Notes: a model not told the origin generated them from the letters alone. Counted from the first letter of the stretch, positions 13,566 to 25,175 are shown. The stretch is DNA of 64,000 bases from Gracilinanus agilis (GCF_016433145.1 NC_058135.1:193956742-194020741), one strand, 5' to 3'. Translations and numbers: made by a program.

Positions 13566-13680
13566 ATCACAAGGGAATGAAGAGATGAATTCTGCGGCTT
13601 ATTTGAATTTCTACTTCCCTTGTTTGGTCACAGACAAATTCTATCTGCAGCTTCTTGATGCTTTCCCATGATCTATTTGT
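13566..13680. repeat. Copy B (uninterrupted) of the ~115-bp local duplication
   Basis: tcacaagggaatgaagagatgaattctgcggcttatttgaatttc...ctttcccatgatctatttgt. Confidence 0.85.
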
Positions 13681-14337
13681 CACTTGCAGGTTTTATTCCA
13701 AAAGCCAGCAGATTTTATTAAGACTGAGGATTATGAGGCTATACAGTATTTTTTGTGCAGTCTTCTATGATTTGGGTGTTTTTATTTGAGGATTATCAAA
13801 TTTTTGTCAGCAGGAGGGAATATTAATAATTCTGCAAGGAGATTTGCTAGGGAAGATCTGAAAAATTCTCATCTGAAAGTAGCCATGAACATTCTTTAAG
13901 GAAATCCAATTTTTCTCTGGCCTCTTGAAAGAATGCCCCCACGTCTCTTAGAAAGAGAGAGTCTCTACCCAGCATTCTGCAGAGTGATGGAGAAAATTAC
14001 TGTTGACATTAACTCACACCCTGTTCGTTTGGGGAACCAGTCTCTTTATAGAATTACTTCTGAGCTTTTCTTTTCCACCAGCGATAGAATTCAGTATCTT
14101 CCATCAATTACTTGAAAGGTAACTGTGAGAACCAGATTTTTCTGGGGGACTGGCCAATTAGGCTCTGAGTGCTTCAGAGGTGTAATTTTCATCAGGTGTT
14201 TGATCTCAGGTAACAGATGAGGTCACTGAGGCCTTGAATGAAGCTTAAAAAGCTTACACAGCGAGCCAGTAAGAGAGGATTAGAAATCACAGTGTTCTGC
14301 CGTCTGTCTCCTCTGGTTCTAGGCAAACCAGAGCTAT

Positions 14338-14616
14338 TCAGCCCAGTGAGGAGCCCTGGGATCTAAGAGAACGATGTGGGGGATGTGAGGAGTTAACTCT
14401 ATTTCTTTTACTGTTGTCAAATGTGATGCTTTGATTCGCTGGGATGATGCTGGCACTGCTTTTAACCTGCTGAAAACAGCTGGCTGCTAAGGTAGGAATG
14501 GCCATGAAACAGCTGGAACTTGAATCAGCCTCACTGAATTGGAGCCGGGGAGGGTTGCTTGGTTGAGGTTGGGGGTTGGACATTTTTGTCATGGTTGAAT
14601 AGTTTTCTTTTTCCAC
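14338..14616 (-). CDS. Candidate terminal coding exon of an unidentified gene
   Basis: Acceptor ctgttattcacag|GTG at 14616. Phase 0 is open for ~92 codons to TGA at 14338 (VEKENYSTM...QGSSLG*); phase 1 gives GKRKLFNHDKNVQPPTSTKQPSPAPIQ*. About 1 kb of repeat-free, UTR-like DNA follows. No homology recognised. Confidence 0.35.
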   Translation of the reverse strand: MEKENYSTMTKMSNPQPQPSNPPRLQFSEADSSSSCFMAIPTLAASCFQQVKSSASIIPANQSITFDNSKRNRVNSSHPPHRSLRSQGSSLG

Positions 14617-14700
14617 CTGTGAATAACAGTGTACAGTCACGTTCAGAAGCATAATCATAACCAGAAGACAGCGTTAAAAATAAATTAACATTTTATCTAG

Positions 14701-14854
14701 GGATTCGGCAGAATATACCTTCTAAAAACCATGATGGGGGGATTTCACTGCTGCCTGTAGACCCATCCACGGGAGGAGTGACTGGGAGTGCATTAGTCCT
14801 CACTTCACTCCCTCTTCTAGAAATCTTACCCCCAGAGGCCAGCTCGTTCTCCAG
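14701..14854 (+). CDS. Alternative candidate plus-strand exon (154 nt)
   Basis: Acceptor ttttatctag|G and consensus donor CAG|gtgagt; a single open frame (IRQNIPSKNHDGGISLLPVDPSTGG...EASSFS). It overlaps the minus-strand candidate. Confidence 0.2.
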
Positions 14855-14898
14855 GTGAGTCCAATTGGACATTTTTTCCCCTGATTTTGCAGCTGCTA
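14830..14898 (-). CDS. Candidate internal exon (63/66/69 nt)
   Basis: Pyrimidine tract ctttgctttccattcattctgacatag|tag|cag; donor GGG|gtaaga; length a multiple of 3; phase 1 reads AAAKSGEKMSNWTHLENELASG; 213-nt intron to the next exon. Confidence 0.35.
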
Positions 14899-15405
14899 CT
14901 ATGTCAGAATGAATGGAAAGCAAAGAGCTTCTACAAGGGAGAGGTAGCAGAGGGGAGGGGAGGGGTTCTTACATAGTTCTTAGCTCTTGGTCCTCATTGG
15001 CAGTCCGGTGAAGTCTGAGGATCCTTTCTCAGAATAATGTTTTAAATGGCTGGAGAAAATGTTGATTTTCCTTAGCAGTTAGAAGTTAGTGACAATAAAG
15101 ATGCAATTTCTTGTCCAAGCAAAGTCAATAGCCCTTGAATTCTGACCATAGAGTGCATGTAAGGCCTTGGACCCAGGTACTCTTGTACTAAGGGTCAAGG
15201 GATTCAGGTTCTATCTTAATTACCTCTTGCTAGTTGGAAGCAGCATGGCGAGAGGATCCAGGCTTTGATGACCTTTGTTTGAATCCTGTCTCTGTCTGTC
15301 ACTTACCCCATGTATGATTTTGGCAAGTCACTTCACAGATTCACAGAATTTGGGGACTGGAAAGGACCTGTAGCCATCCATACTGAAATAGAATCCCTAC
15401 CTTAA

Positions 15406-15610
15406 ATTTTTTTTTTAAAACCCTTACCTTCTGTCTTGGAATCAAAACTCTGTCTTGGTTCCAAGGCAGAAGAGTGATAGGGGCTAGGCAATGGAGGTCA
15501 AGTGACTTGCCTAGGGTCACACAGCTAGGAAGTGTCTGAGGGCAGATTTGAACCCAGGACCTCCCATCTCTAGGTCTGGCTCTCAATCCACTGAGCCACC
15601 CAGCTGCCCC
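15406..15610 (-). mobile_element. Young opossum SINE (Mdo2-type)
   Basis: Reverse-complement head at ...cagctgcccc; TSD cctaccttaa at 15396-15405 and 15612-15621. Confidence 0.92.
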
Positions 15611-15703
15611 ACCTACCTTAATTTTTAACAAAGGGGTTGTCAATTCTCTGATTTAAATCTACCTTTCAAAGCAGTTCATTCCACTTTAAGAAAGTTGTAG
15701 TTG

Positions 15704-15840
15704 GGGGCAGCTGGGTAGCTCAGTGGATTGAGAGTCAGGCCTAGAGACAGGAGGTCCTGGGCACTTGACCCCCATTGCCCGCCCTTACCACTCTTCCATC
15801 TATGAGCCAATACACAGAAGTGAAAGGTTAAAAAAAAAAA
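15704..15840 (+). mobile_element. SINE1_Mdo-like copy with a ~48-nt internal deletion
   Basis: gaggtcctggg joined directly to cacttgacc; TSD aagaaagttgtagttg at 15688-15703 and 15841-15856. Confidence 0.9.
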
Positions 15841-15869
15841 AAGAAAGTTGTAGTTGTCAGATAATTTCT

Positions 15870-16160
15870 CCCAGTACCAAACCTAAACATACCAGCTTCC
15901 ACCCGTAGCTTCTGACTCTTGGCCCCTCTGAGTCAAGCAGTTGAAGTGTGAACCCTCTGCCTCTTGACAATCTTCAAATTGTCAAGGAGGACAGCTCCCA
16001 TAACTACATTGAATCTCATTTTCTCTAGGCTAAACAGTCATTTTAACCACACAGCAAAGACTCAAAATCTTTCATCCTAGTCATCTTCCTCTGAACAATG
16101 TTCAGTGTATGGATGTCTTTCTCAAGTCATGGTACCCCAAACTGAATACAATACTACAAA
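15870..16160 (-). mobile_element. L3/CR1 fragment
   Basis: ttttctctaggctaaac...gtaccccaaactgaatacaatact is the reverse of CR1 3' motifs. Confidence 0.6.
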
Positions 16161-17399
16161 ATCAGAGTTCCTTGAGAACAAGGATTGGTTGTTTTTTTTT
16201 TTGCTTTTCTTTGTAGCCCCAGCACTTAGTATAGTGCCTGGCTCATAGAGAGCACTTAATAAAAATTTGTTGATTTGACTTCCTCTCTCTGAAGTCTCAT
16301 TTTCCCTATCTATTATATAGAAAGGTTGGACTATGTCTCTTCTAGCTCAAAATCTATGATATGCTATTGTTATTGTTTTCTGCATTAGGTGATTTCTTTC
16401 AGCTCTAAGATTCTAGCATCTACTACCTCTTCCTAAGACCAGGAATAGCCTGCACAAAACATTGCTTTGCCCAATATCATCTTGCAATGTCATAAGTGCA
16501 ACATAACTAAACCCTCATTTTATAGATAAAAAAACTTGTGTTTCACTGAAGTAATGTAGTTTGTCCAGGTAAATGATAGAGTGGGGATTTGAACCTGGGT
16601 CCTTTGGGTCTAAAGATATTACTCTTTCTATTGCCTTTTATTCCCACTAGCTAGTAAATAACAGAATTAGGACCAGAATCTGGATCTCTTTGCTCCTAGT
16701 CCTTAATATCCTAGGTTTCTTTTGTTGTCATAGAGTCAGTCACTTGCAACATAAATTGGTTAGTCTGAAACTATTGAGACTTGCTCTTGAGTCCTAGTGG
16801 TATTAACCTCTTTGATGCAAATCATTACCCTATAGCTTATGACACATTTATCAATATTGTTCCTATGAAGTTAATTGCTCCCTATAAAATTCTCTCTCCT
16901 TTTGTGGTTTTTTTTTTGCCAAACCAATTAATGATATCAGGGTGAGCATTCCTTTACTTGTAAAAATTCAATGAAAGGGATAGGGTGGATGCAGCTTTTA
17001 TCTGCATATATTTGCACTTTTGCAATATTAGGTAAAGATCTGGACAAATCATACATTGAGCCTTGGCAAATTTGTTTTGGCTCTAGGAGCCAACCTTCAG
17101 AGGTAGAGGCCATGTGGATTTTGTAGCTTTCAAGGAAAAAACTAAGCTAAAAGCAGACATTGAGTCCCAGCCTCAGAGTGTGACCTGAGATAGGATCTTA
17201 AAACTTCTTCTAGAAGAACACCAATAAAGGGTCTTAGAAACTCTTCTGCTCAAAGAGAAAGCTGAGCACACATAGTCAGTCGAGTCATAGAGAGACAGGG
17301 AAAAGTCCTACTGAAAGAAGTCAGAAAAATAGCTTAAATCCAACACAGTATGGGGGCATGAGGGACAGATGAGAAAATCAAGGAGTACCTAACTCTATT

Positions 17400-18150
17400 C
17401 CTATTGCATAAACCAAATATCTAATAGAGTTGACTTTATTTCTTAGTCATTTATTTCCTTTGATCTTTTGCATCAATCTCCTTCTCTTCCTAATCTAATT
17501 CATATCCTGCTTTCTCCCAGGGCTACCAAAAAGTGTTCTAATTGGTCTCCCTTAGGCAGTCTTTCCTATTTCTAACTCATCTTCCGAAGCTAAGACAGAT
17601 ATCTCTAAAGTACAGATCCTAATCCTGCTCAAGAAGCTCTTCTGGATCCCTATGACCTCTAGGAAAAATGCAAACTTTTCTCTTTGGTGTTAAAAAGACT
17701 CTTTACAATATGGTTTCAAATGGCATTTCCCGACTTATGATGCATGCTACATTCTACACAAGCTATTCTACTCCCTGGCCCCCATGCATCTTCCACCTCT
17801 GTGTATTTGCCCAGACTCTTCTCCACTGTGTCCATGCTCTCTCCTTTCCTCCTCATCTCTGCCTTCTTGGAACCAAGCTCCATTCAAAGCTCAACTTGAA
17901 GACTAGTAAGATCTTTTCTGTTTCTTTACCCCACCAATAAAAAACCCACCATTTTGTACAGATTTTACATTTATTTTTATGTGCTTATGTTGTTTTCTCC
18001 TCTACCTACCCTGCCCTCCAACCTCATTGCACCATCTGATAAAAACTCCTTAAGGTCAAGGATTGTTTTCACTTACTCCTTTGTATCCCCAGTGCCAGGT
18101 ACAGAGAAAATATTTATCGTAAATGTTTGTTGAATGGTCATGAAATGAAC
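17400..18150 (+). mobile_element. L2 LINE 3' fragment
   Basis: ctaattggtctccct...cctgctcaagaagctc...aaatgtttgttgaatg, typical of L2 3' sequence. Confidence 0.7.
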
Positions 18151-19857
18151 AGGAGGAATGAAGTGTAATTGTAGAGTCAGAGCTAAGGCTGGATGAAGAG
18201 TACTAAATGTCATGACAACCTGTTTCCTGGGACTTGTCCAGTTTTGCCATACCCTTGCGTTAATCTTTATTAAAAATGGTATACCACGTGGCATTGAGAC
18301 AGGGAGTTATGACTTGTTTGTGTACATGCAGTATTTGGATCAAGGATGCAAGCAATTATTAAATGCCTACTATGTGCCAACCACTGTGCTAAATTCTGAC
18401 ATATATATATATAGATATAGATATAGATATAAATCAGAAATAAAATAATGCAATGGATTATAGATGTAGAGCTAGAAGGCAAGATAAGGAAGCTGAGGCC
18501 CAGGGAGGTCAAAGAATTTGAACCCAAATTCCTTGTGTGTTTATGTATAGTATTCGATAGTTTCTAAATTCCTTTACAGCTCTTGATTTCCATGATACAC
18601 ATTTATATTTGGTAAGTAGTTAAATCCTATGAATTGGGCCATTCCCTCTCTGTGTGGAAGGATTTTGTGGAAGGACTTTTCCTAAAAGTACCAGCCAGAA
18701 GAGAATATGTCCTAATTCTTCCAGAAAAGGAAATGGTACAATCTTAACCTCAGCGGCCCTTTCCAGTGGCATAACCATCCATCTAGTCCTCTTGTTCTCT
18801 GCTCAGTAGAGGCTGTGAGAGTACATCATCATCATCCTTCTTAAGATCTCTCTTCATATCCTTGGACTTCAATTACATTATTCTTTAAGCAAAATGGTAT
18901 CAGTTTCATTAATTTCTTACGACTTTCATTCCTCATCTTTGTGGCTTTCTTAGGTATACAAATACTTCATTTATTCAACTAGAGACCTCAGTTTCATAAG
19001 TGAATTGGGCCATTCCCTCCCCAAGTTCACTTTGATGCTTTCTGGAAGGACCAACCCTAAAAGCACCAGCCAGATGAGAATGTGTCCTAGGTCTTATGGA
19101 CAGAGAAACTGTTTTCATAGTATTGCACCATCTTTCAGTTGAGTAGTGTCTTGTTCCCTCAAGCATATACCTCAAATTACTTCATAATGCTAATAGGGTA
19201 GCAATGACTAGTTGCCTTGAACTCTTGGTCTTTCTAGCTGCACAACTAAGGAAATGCCTCATGAGTCTTCTCAATGCCCTTCCCTTGTTCTGAATATGAA
19301 AACACCTGGTATTGCCCAACAACCAGTTTCCATGCCTCCAACCCATTTCTACCACTACCTGTGCTCCCCTTGTTTCTAACTAGTAGCTGACTTCCCTCTG
19401 TTCCAAACCACTCCTCTGTCCCATCAATTAATCAATCAATATTCATTAACCCCCCATGAGATACCCCTGCTTGTACCTATTAGTCAACTACTCTGTGTCC
19501 CAAAGCTATCACCAGCTACCATCAAAACCCCTATATGACAGCTACTGTTCTAGGCACTAAGGATAGAAATAGAAAAAGTGAGACAGTGCTTAACATCAAG
19601 GAGCTTATATTCCATGAAGGCATAGAACATGTTTATCACTCTAACTAGTCTCAAGTTTACCTTGCTACCAAGTTATCAGGGCAGTGGAGGCAGAGGGAAG
19701 GGAGCCTTCTTATCTATAGTCATAGTCAAAGAGAAGTTCTAGGAAGAGTTGCCAGAGGAAAACCAAGGTTAAAAGGCTTGTTCCTTACTTCATACCCTAC
19801 ATTAGCTACTTGCCTCTAATGATGGATGGGTGGAAAGTTGACATTTATATAGCTTGT

Positions 19858-20062
19858 TCTTTTTTTTTTTAACCCTTACCATCCATCTTAGAATCAATAC
19901 TATGTATTATCTCCAAGGCAAAAGAGTGTGGTAAGGGGTAGGCAATGGGGGTTTAAGTGACTTGCCCAGGGTCCCACAGCTAGGAAGTGTCTGGGGCCAG
20001 ATTTGACCCCAGGACTTTCTGTCTCTAGTTTTGGTTCTCAATCTACTGAGTCATCTAGCTGC
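19858..20062 (-). mobile_element. Opossum SINE (Mdo2-type)
   Basis: T-run followed by aacccttacc...ctccaaggcaaaagag...gacttgcccagggtc...catctagctgc. Confidence 0.88.
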
Positions 20063-21590
20063 ATCAATGTATAGCATTTTCAAGTTTGTAAAAGGACTAT
20101 ACATTTTTATATAGTCATCAGTCTTGCACTATGTATGTCAATCAACTGCTTAAAATATATTCTTATTGAAGCCTCATCGGAACTTCCCTATGGGATAAAT
20201 TCAATGGATTATTATCTTGATTTTATAAATAGGGATGTGAAGCCCAGAGAGAACCTCTGAGAGTTGATTTGGTGAGTGTTGTGTCCAGGGCAGCAGGATT
20301 CTAATTGGGGTCTTCCTGATAACCCAACCTAGCACCCAAGTCTTTGTAAGTTATGAACGATAACAAAAAGTCATTACCTGATTACCAGTTCTCCTGTGAT
20401 AGGTCTCTCCAACTGAAGTCTAGGCTGAACCCACATTTGAACTTCTCTGTTTGGTATGACCTCATTGACGGAACCCCTGAGAACCTAATGTCACCTCTAT
20501 GCCACAAGGGATGAGAAAATGAACTAGAACTTAGGTGGCTACCCTTTTCACCTATTAGCTTATTTCTTGAATTATTAAATGTCCAAGCAGAGATTGATTT
20601 AATTCACATGCTTGGGAATATAGAGCAGAACCAGAAGTTAGTGGAGCCTCATTGTACAAAGGCCTTTGATTTTGTTTTGTTTTTTGTTTTTTGTTTTTTC
20701 CTTTCTCAGTGTTAGAGGAAAAAGAGTGGAAGGAGGGATGTAAAAATGTAATGTGAGGGCATGAAAATAAATGTTTGTTAATCAGAAAAAATTTAATTAA
20801 AAAAAGTCCTTGCCACTCTTTTGTAGAATTGATACAGATGGCTCTGTATATTAGATTATGGATGTATGACTGACATAGATGCATAATTATAGATCTATGA
20901 CCAACATAGGTATATGATTACATTTCTTGGGATTAGAAGTAAAAGGAACCTTAATATTGGATGAATAAACTGAGGCCCAAGAGAGAAAGTGATTTGCTCA
21001 ATGTCACATGGATTAAAAACAAAGACTTTAGGCTCAAAATTCTTTTTTCATTTCCCCTTATGCTTGACCAAATTCCAGATTATATTCCTGAATGTGTTCT
21101 AGATACTGCAAAGCTGGAAAGTATCTTTTCAACAAGTTTACTGCTTGCTTTGTAACAGAATCAAATTCAGTTGCCATGTTATCATCACCTATTTGTTTTG
21201 GTTTCACTGGATCTACTGTAATGGAACTGGGATAACAACAAAATTCTCCCTATTTCCTAGTGAAATCTTCCACACTACTTTTTTCTATACTTAAAGTCTC
21301 AAAATCAATTGGTTTTTATCAGGGCCATTTGGTAAGGAATACGACAAATGTGCACTTTCTGATTCCTGGGAAAGCAGTGAATCCTATAGGCAATTTTATG
21401 TAAAAGTATCTTCCCAGTGCATCATTTTTGGAAATCATTTTGAGGAAGGAAAGACTGGGCAGAATTATTTGAGCATGTAATCTTAAACACTTCATTTATC
21501 ATTCTAAAAATATATTTCATGATACAAAATTTTCTACTTTTCAGAAAAATGCTCCCTGAGGGGGAAAAAAGTGAAAAGAAAGTGTTTTTT

Positions 21591-21820
21591 GAGAGAGACA
21601 GACAGAGACAGAAAAAGAGGAGAAGGAAGTGGGAAGGAAAGATAGAAGGAGGGAGGGGAGGAGGGAGATAGAAAGGGAGAAAGAGAAAGGTTAGAGATAA
21701 GGAAAGAGAGAAAAAAGGAGGATGAGGAGGGAAGGAAAGAGAGAGGGAGGAAAGGAAAGAGGGAGATATAGAGAGAGGAAAGGAAGGTGATGCAAAAATA
21801 AAGAGAGAAACAGAGAGAAT
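21591..21820. repeat. ~230-bp polypurine (GA-rich) low-complexity tract
   Basis: Read directly from the sequence; it accounts for the minus-strand F/L/S/P-rich ORFs. Confidence 0.9.
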
Positions 21821-23319
21821 ATGATGGCAGAATTCCCCTGTCATCCTTCACACCTCTTATCTGTCCCTAATTTTTTTGTAATTTTATTAGAAAATATACA
21901 CAAAAAGCCTCTCTTCTGTCCCAGTTGACAAATCATAATGAAAAAAAAGCTAAGCTGAAACTTTAGGAGAGGAAGAAGAGTCCTCCAGGGCCTGCCTACT
22001 TCCAGGAATAAAGAGGAGAGAGAGCTCCCAGAAAGATGAGTTAACCTTTCTGACTTTGGGGATGCTTATTCATTAGCAGTTTGGGAAAAGTTCAGTTTTT
22101 GAGACAAAATCTCCTCTGCATACACTGTACAATCCAATTACCCAGTCCTACTTGCTGTTCCTCACACATAACATTCCATCTCTTACTTGGTGACCTTTCA
22201 CTGTCTATTTTCCATGCCTAGAATGCTCTCTCTTAAGCTCTGCTTCTTAGATTCTCTGGACTCCTTCAAGATTCAGCTCGAACTGGTCACAGCTCCCCCT
22301 ACACACACACACACACATGCAAGTACTACTGATGCCTCCCCTCTGAGATCACCTCCCATCTACTCTGCACAAATTGTGTATTCACTAGTTATTTGCATGT
22401 TGTCTCCCCCATTAGAATGTGGGCACTCCAAGCACAGGGACTTTCTTGGAATGATTCACCCTTAACACAGTGCCTGGTACATAGTAGGTGCTTAATAAAT
22501 GCTTTATTAGAAAAGTTATCATTAGTTATTCCTAATTCAGTCTTCTAGATGAAGTGAATTAAATCTGGATCCTTTTTGTGGTTAGCAAAAAGTGCAATTG
22601 TTTACCCTCTAGTATCATCAGACACAGCAGACACCTCAGGCTTTGTCCCTTCCTAGGAGGAAAAGGGAGGGAAGAGCATTTCAATAGCACCAATTATGTG
22701 CTAGGCACTGTGCTGAGTGCTTTTTTTTTACTAATATTATCTCATTTGATCCTCAAAAAACAACCCTGTGAAGTAGGTGATGTTATTATCCCCATTTTAT
22801 AGTTGGGAAATTGAGACAAAAAGAGGTTCAGCTACTAGCCCAGGGTCACAAGAATTAAAGGATGGATTTGAATATATTGATGTATATATAAATAATATAT
22901 TTGAGGTGAGAAGTCTTTACTTAGTTTTTAAAAAACCTTTTTTTTTTCTAATTCCTCCCCAATCACTGAATGTGAATTAGTTTAATACAGGACTTTTGTC
23001 TTTATACAACCATCAATCCAGCATAATCTGGATACTAGAATGATAGTATCAAACTTAAAGTAAATGCTACTTCTTCTTTGCCCATAGTGATTATGGGTCA
23101 GTTAGCCCTTTTATTGTCATTTTGGAAAATCTGAAAACATTTTGGTAGCCTAGCAGAAGAGAGCAGAAAATGGAGTCAAGGCAGGATGCTGGGGCCAAAA
23201 GAACCAACATGAGGTTTTGGGTTGTTAACCAGGTGGAGAGGCTGTGAAAATCATCACAGGACACAGGGAGCCATGTAGTGATAAGCGAAAGGACTTTTCC
23301 ATGGTCCAAGCAGCTACAT

Positions 23320-23514
23320 CGGTGGTTCCCAAACTTTTTTGGCCTCCTGCCCCCTTTCCAGAAAAAAAATATTACTTAGCCTCCTGGAAAATAAATTTTT
23401 TAAAAGTTTAATAGCAATTAATAGGAAAGATAAATGCACCCGTGGCCATCACCGCTCTCCTGGATCTCTGCAGCACCCACCAGGGGGCAGTAGCACCCAC
23501 TTTGGGAATCACTG
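23320..23514. mobile_element. hAT-Charlie-type MITE, 195 bp
   Basis: TIRs cggtggttcccaaact and actttgggaatcactg; perfect 8-bp TSD agctacat at 23312-23319 and 23515-23522. Confidence 0.92.
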
Positions 23515-24422
23515 AGCTACATGATACAATGGATAAAGAATTGGTCCTGGACTGGGGAAGACCTGAGTTCAACTACAATGTGAAAATAACTTCTTTCTGC
23601 CTTAGTTTCCTTGACTGAAAAGGGGGATAATAATAGCACCTACCTACCAGGATTGTTGTGAGGATCTCTTTTTATGGAGGAAGAAACTGAGGCTAAGAGA
23701 GTTGAGGTGACTTGTTTAGGGTGACACAGCTTAGTAAGTGAAGAAAAAAATCCAAGTGCAGCACTTACTACAGCATCTGTCTCCAGGATCACCTGTCTCA
23801 GTTAATCAATTAAATTGTTGTCAATGGAATTAAAATGATTTATTGAGAACCTAGATATCAATAAAATTAAAGCAAAGTTCCTTCCTTGGAAGAACTTACA
23901 ATCTGGGTGAGGAGACAACCAAAAATGCCAACCAGTAAGCAATACCTTCCCCAAACAGGGTATAGACATCAAGCATGACTGGGGTCAAGAGACCACTGTG
24001 GACAGGCTGGCAAAGGAGAATTCAAGGAGTCAGTGGGGTCTGAACTGAGCCTTGAAGGACGGGTAGAATTTTGTTCTATGCTTCATTTAGAGACGAAGAT
24101 GGTGAGACAGGTAGAGGAAACAATTTGTCCAAGGTTATTCTACAAGTCATTAGCCAAGCCAGCAATATAACTCAAAATTTCAGATTCCTAGTTCACTGAG
24201 CTATGCTGCATCTCTAAGTGGCTGCGGTGGTAATATGTGAAATGAGGTTTGGAACAAAACAAACTTTCTGAAAACCTCCCCCTGCTCCATGTGCCCCCCC
24301 CAAATATACTTATTACCCATCTGACCCATCTAGAAGATGTCCCCGAAATCACCAGAATCTAAACAGCACATTGGCCTCCCAGGGACCCACTCAACTTTCC
24401 TGCCTGCTGGCCCTTTTAAACA

Positions 24423-24594
24423 NNNNNNNNNNNNNNNNNNNNNNNNNNNNNNNNNNNNNNNNNNNNNNNNNNNNNNNNNNNNNNNNNNNNNNNNNNNNNN
24501 NNNNNNNNNNNNNNNNNNNNNNNNNNNNNNNNNNNNNNNNNNNNNNNNNNNNNNNNNNNNNNNNNNNNNNNNNNNNNNNNNNNNNNNNNNNNNN
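24423..24594. other. Assembly gap (172 N)
   Basis: Run of N. Confidence 1.
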
Positions 24595-24969
24595 ACGGCA
24601 TAATATCCTTCCAATGAGACATTAAGCCGAGGTCCTTTCTGTTTGTCTCTGGTGACTGTCAAGGTGGAAGTTAAAGGTTCTGCAGCACTTTTTGGAAAAG
24701 ATGAGTTGGGGAATGGCGTGCCGAAGGCTCCCAAACTTTGATTTCCTAAGCATTTTGAGACTCTGCTGGAGTCACAGGACGACCTATGTCAGCAGTTGCA
24801 TTGGTTTTATTGGGCAGCCTGATATGGTGGGAAAACTGGTCTGGGAGTCAGAAGATCCAGGATCTAGTCTTCCCTCTGACACTGAATGGTGGGCAAAGGA
24901 CTGCCCCTCACTGAGCCTTCACTGTCTTACCTGAAAAATGGAAGTAAATATTTTCATGGGGGAAGTTAG

Positions 24970-25175
24970 GTTAGGTGGTATAATGGATTGAGTGCCAGAG
25001 TCTGGAGTCAGGAAGACCTGAGATCAAATCCAGCCTCAGATACTATCTGGGCAAGTCATCTAATCCTGTTTACCTCCCTTTCCTCATCTGCAAAATAAGC
25101 TGGAAAAGGAAATGGCTTTGCCAAGAAAAACTCAAATGGGGTCACAAACAATCAGAAACAACTGAACAACAACGT
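24970..25175 (+). mobile_element. MAR1-like SINE (CORE plus RTE-derived tail)
   Basis: ctggaaaaggaaatggc...ttgccaagaaaaactcaaatggggtcac...aactgaacaacaac. Confidence 0.8.

Noticed and set aside
13566-13690. H/ACA snoRNA or pre-miRNA interpretation of the duplicated two-hairpin unit
   Set aside because: There is no ACA box after the second hairpin on either strand, the H box is not shared by both copies, and the stems are too bulged for a pre-miRNA.
21422-21851. 140-aa and 105-aa minus-strand ORFs
   Set aside because: They are translations of the polypurine/polypyrimidine tract.
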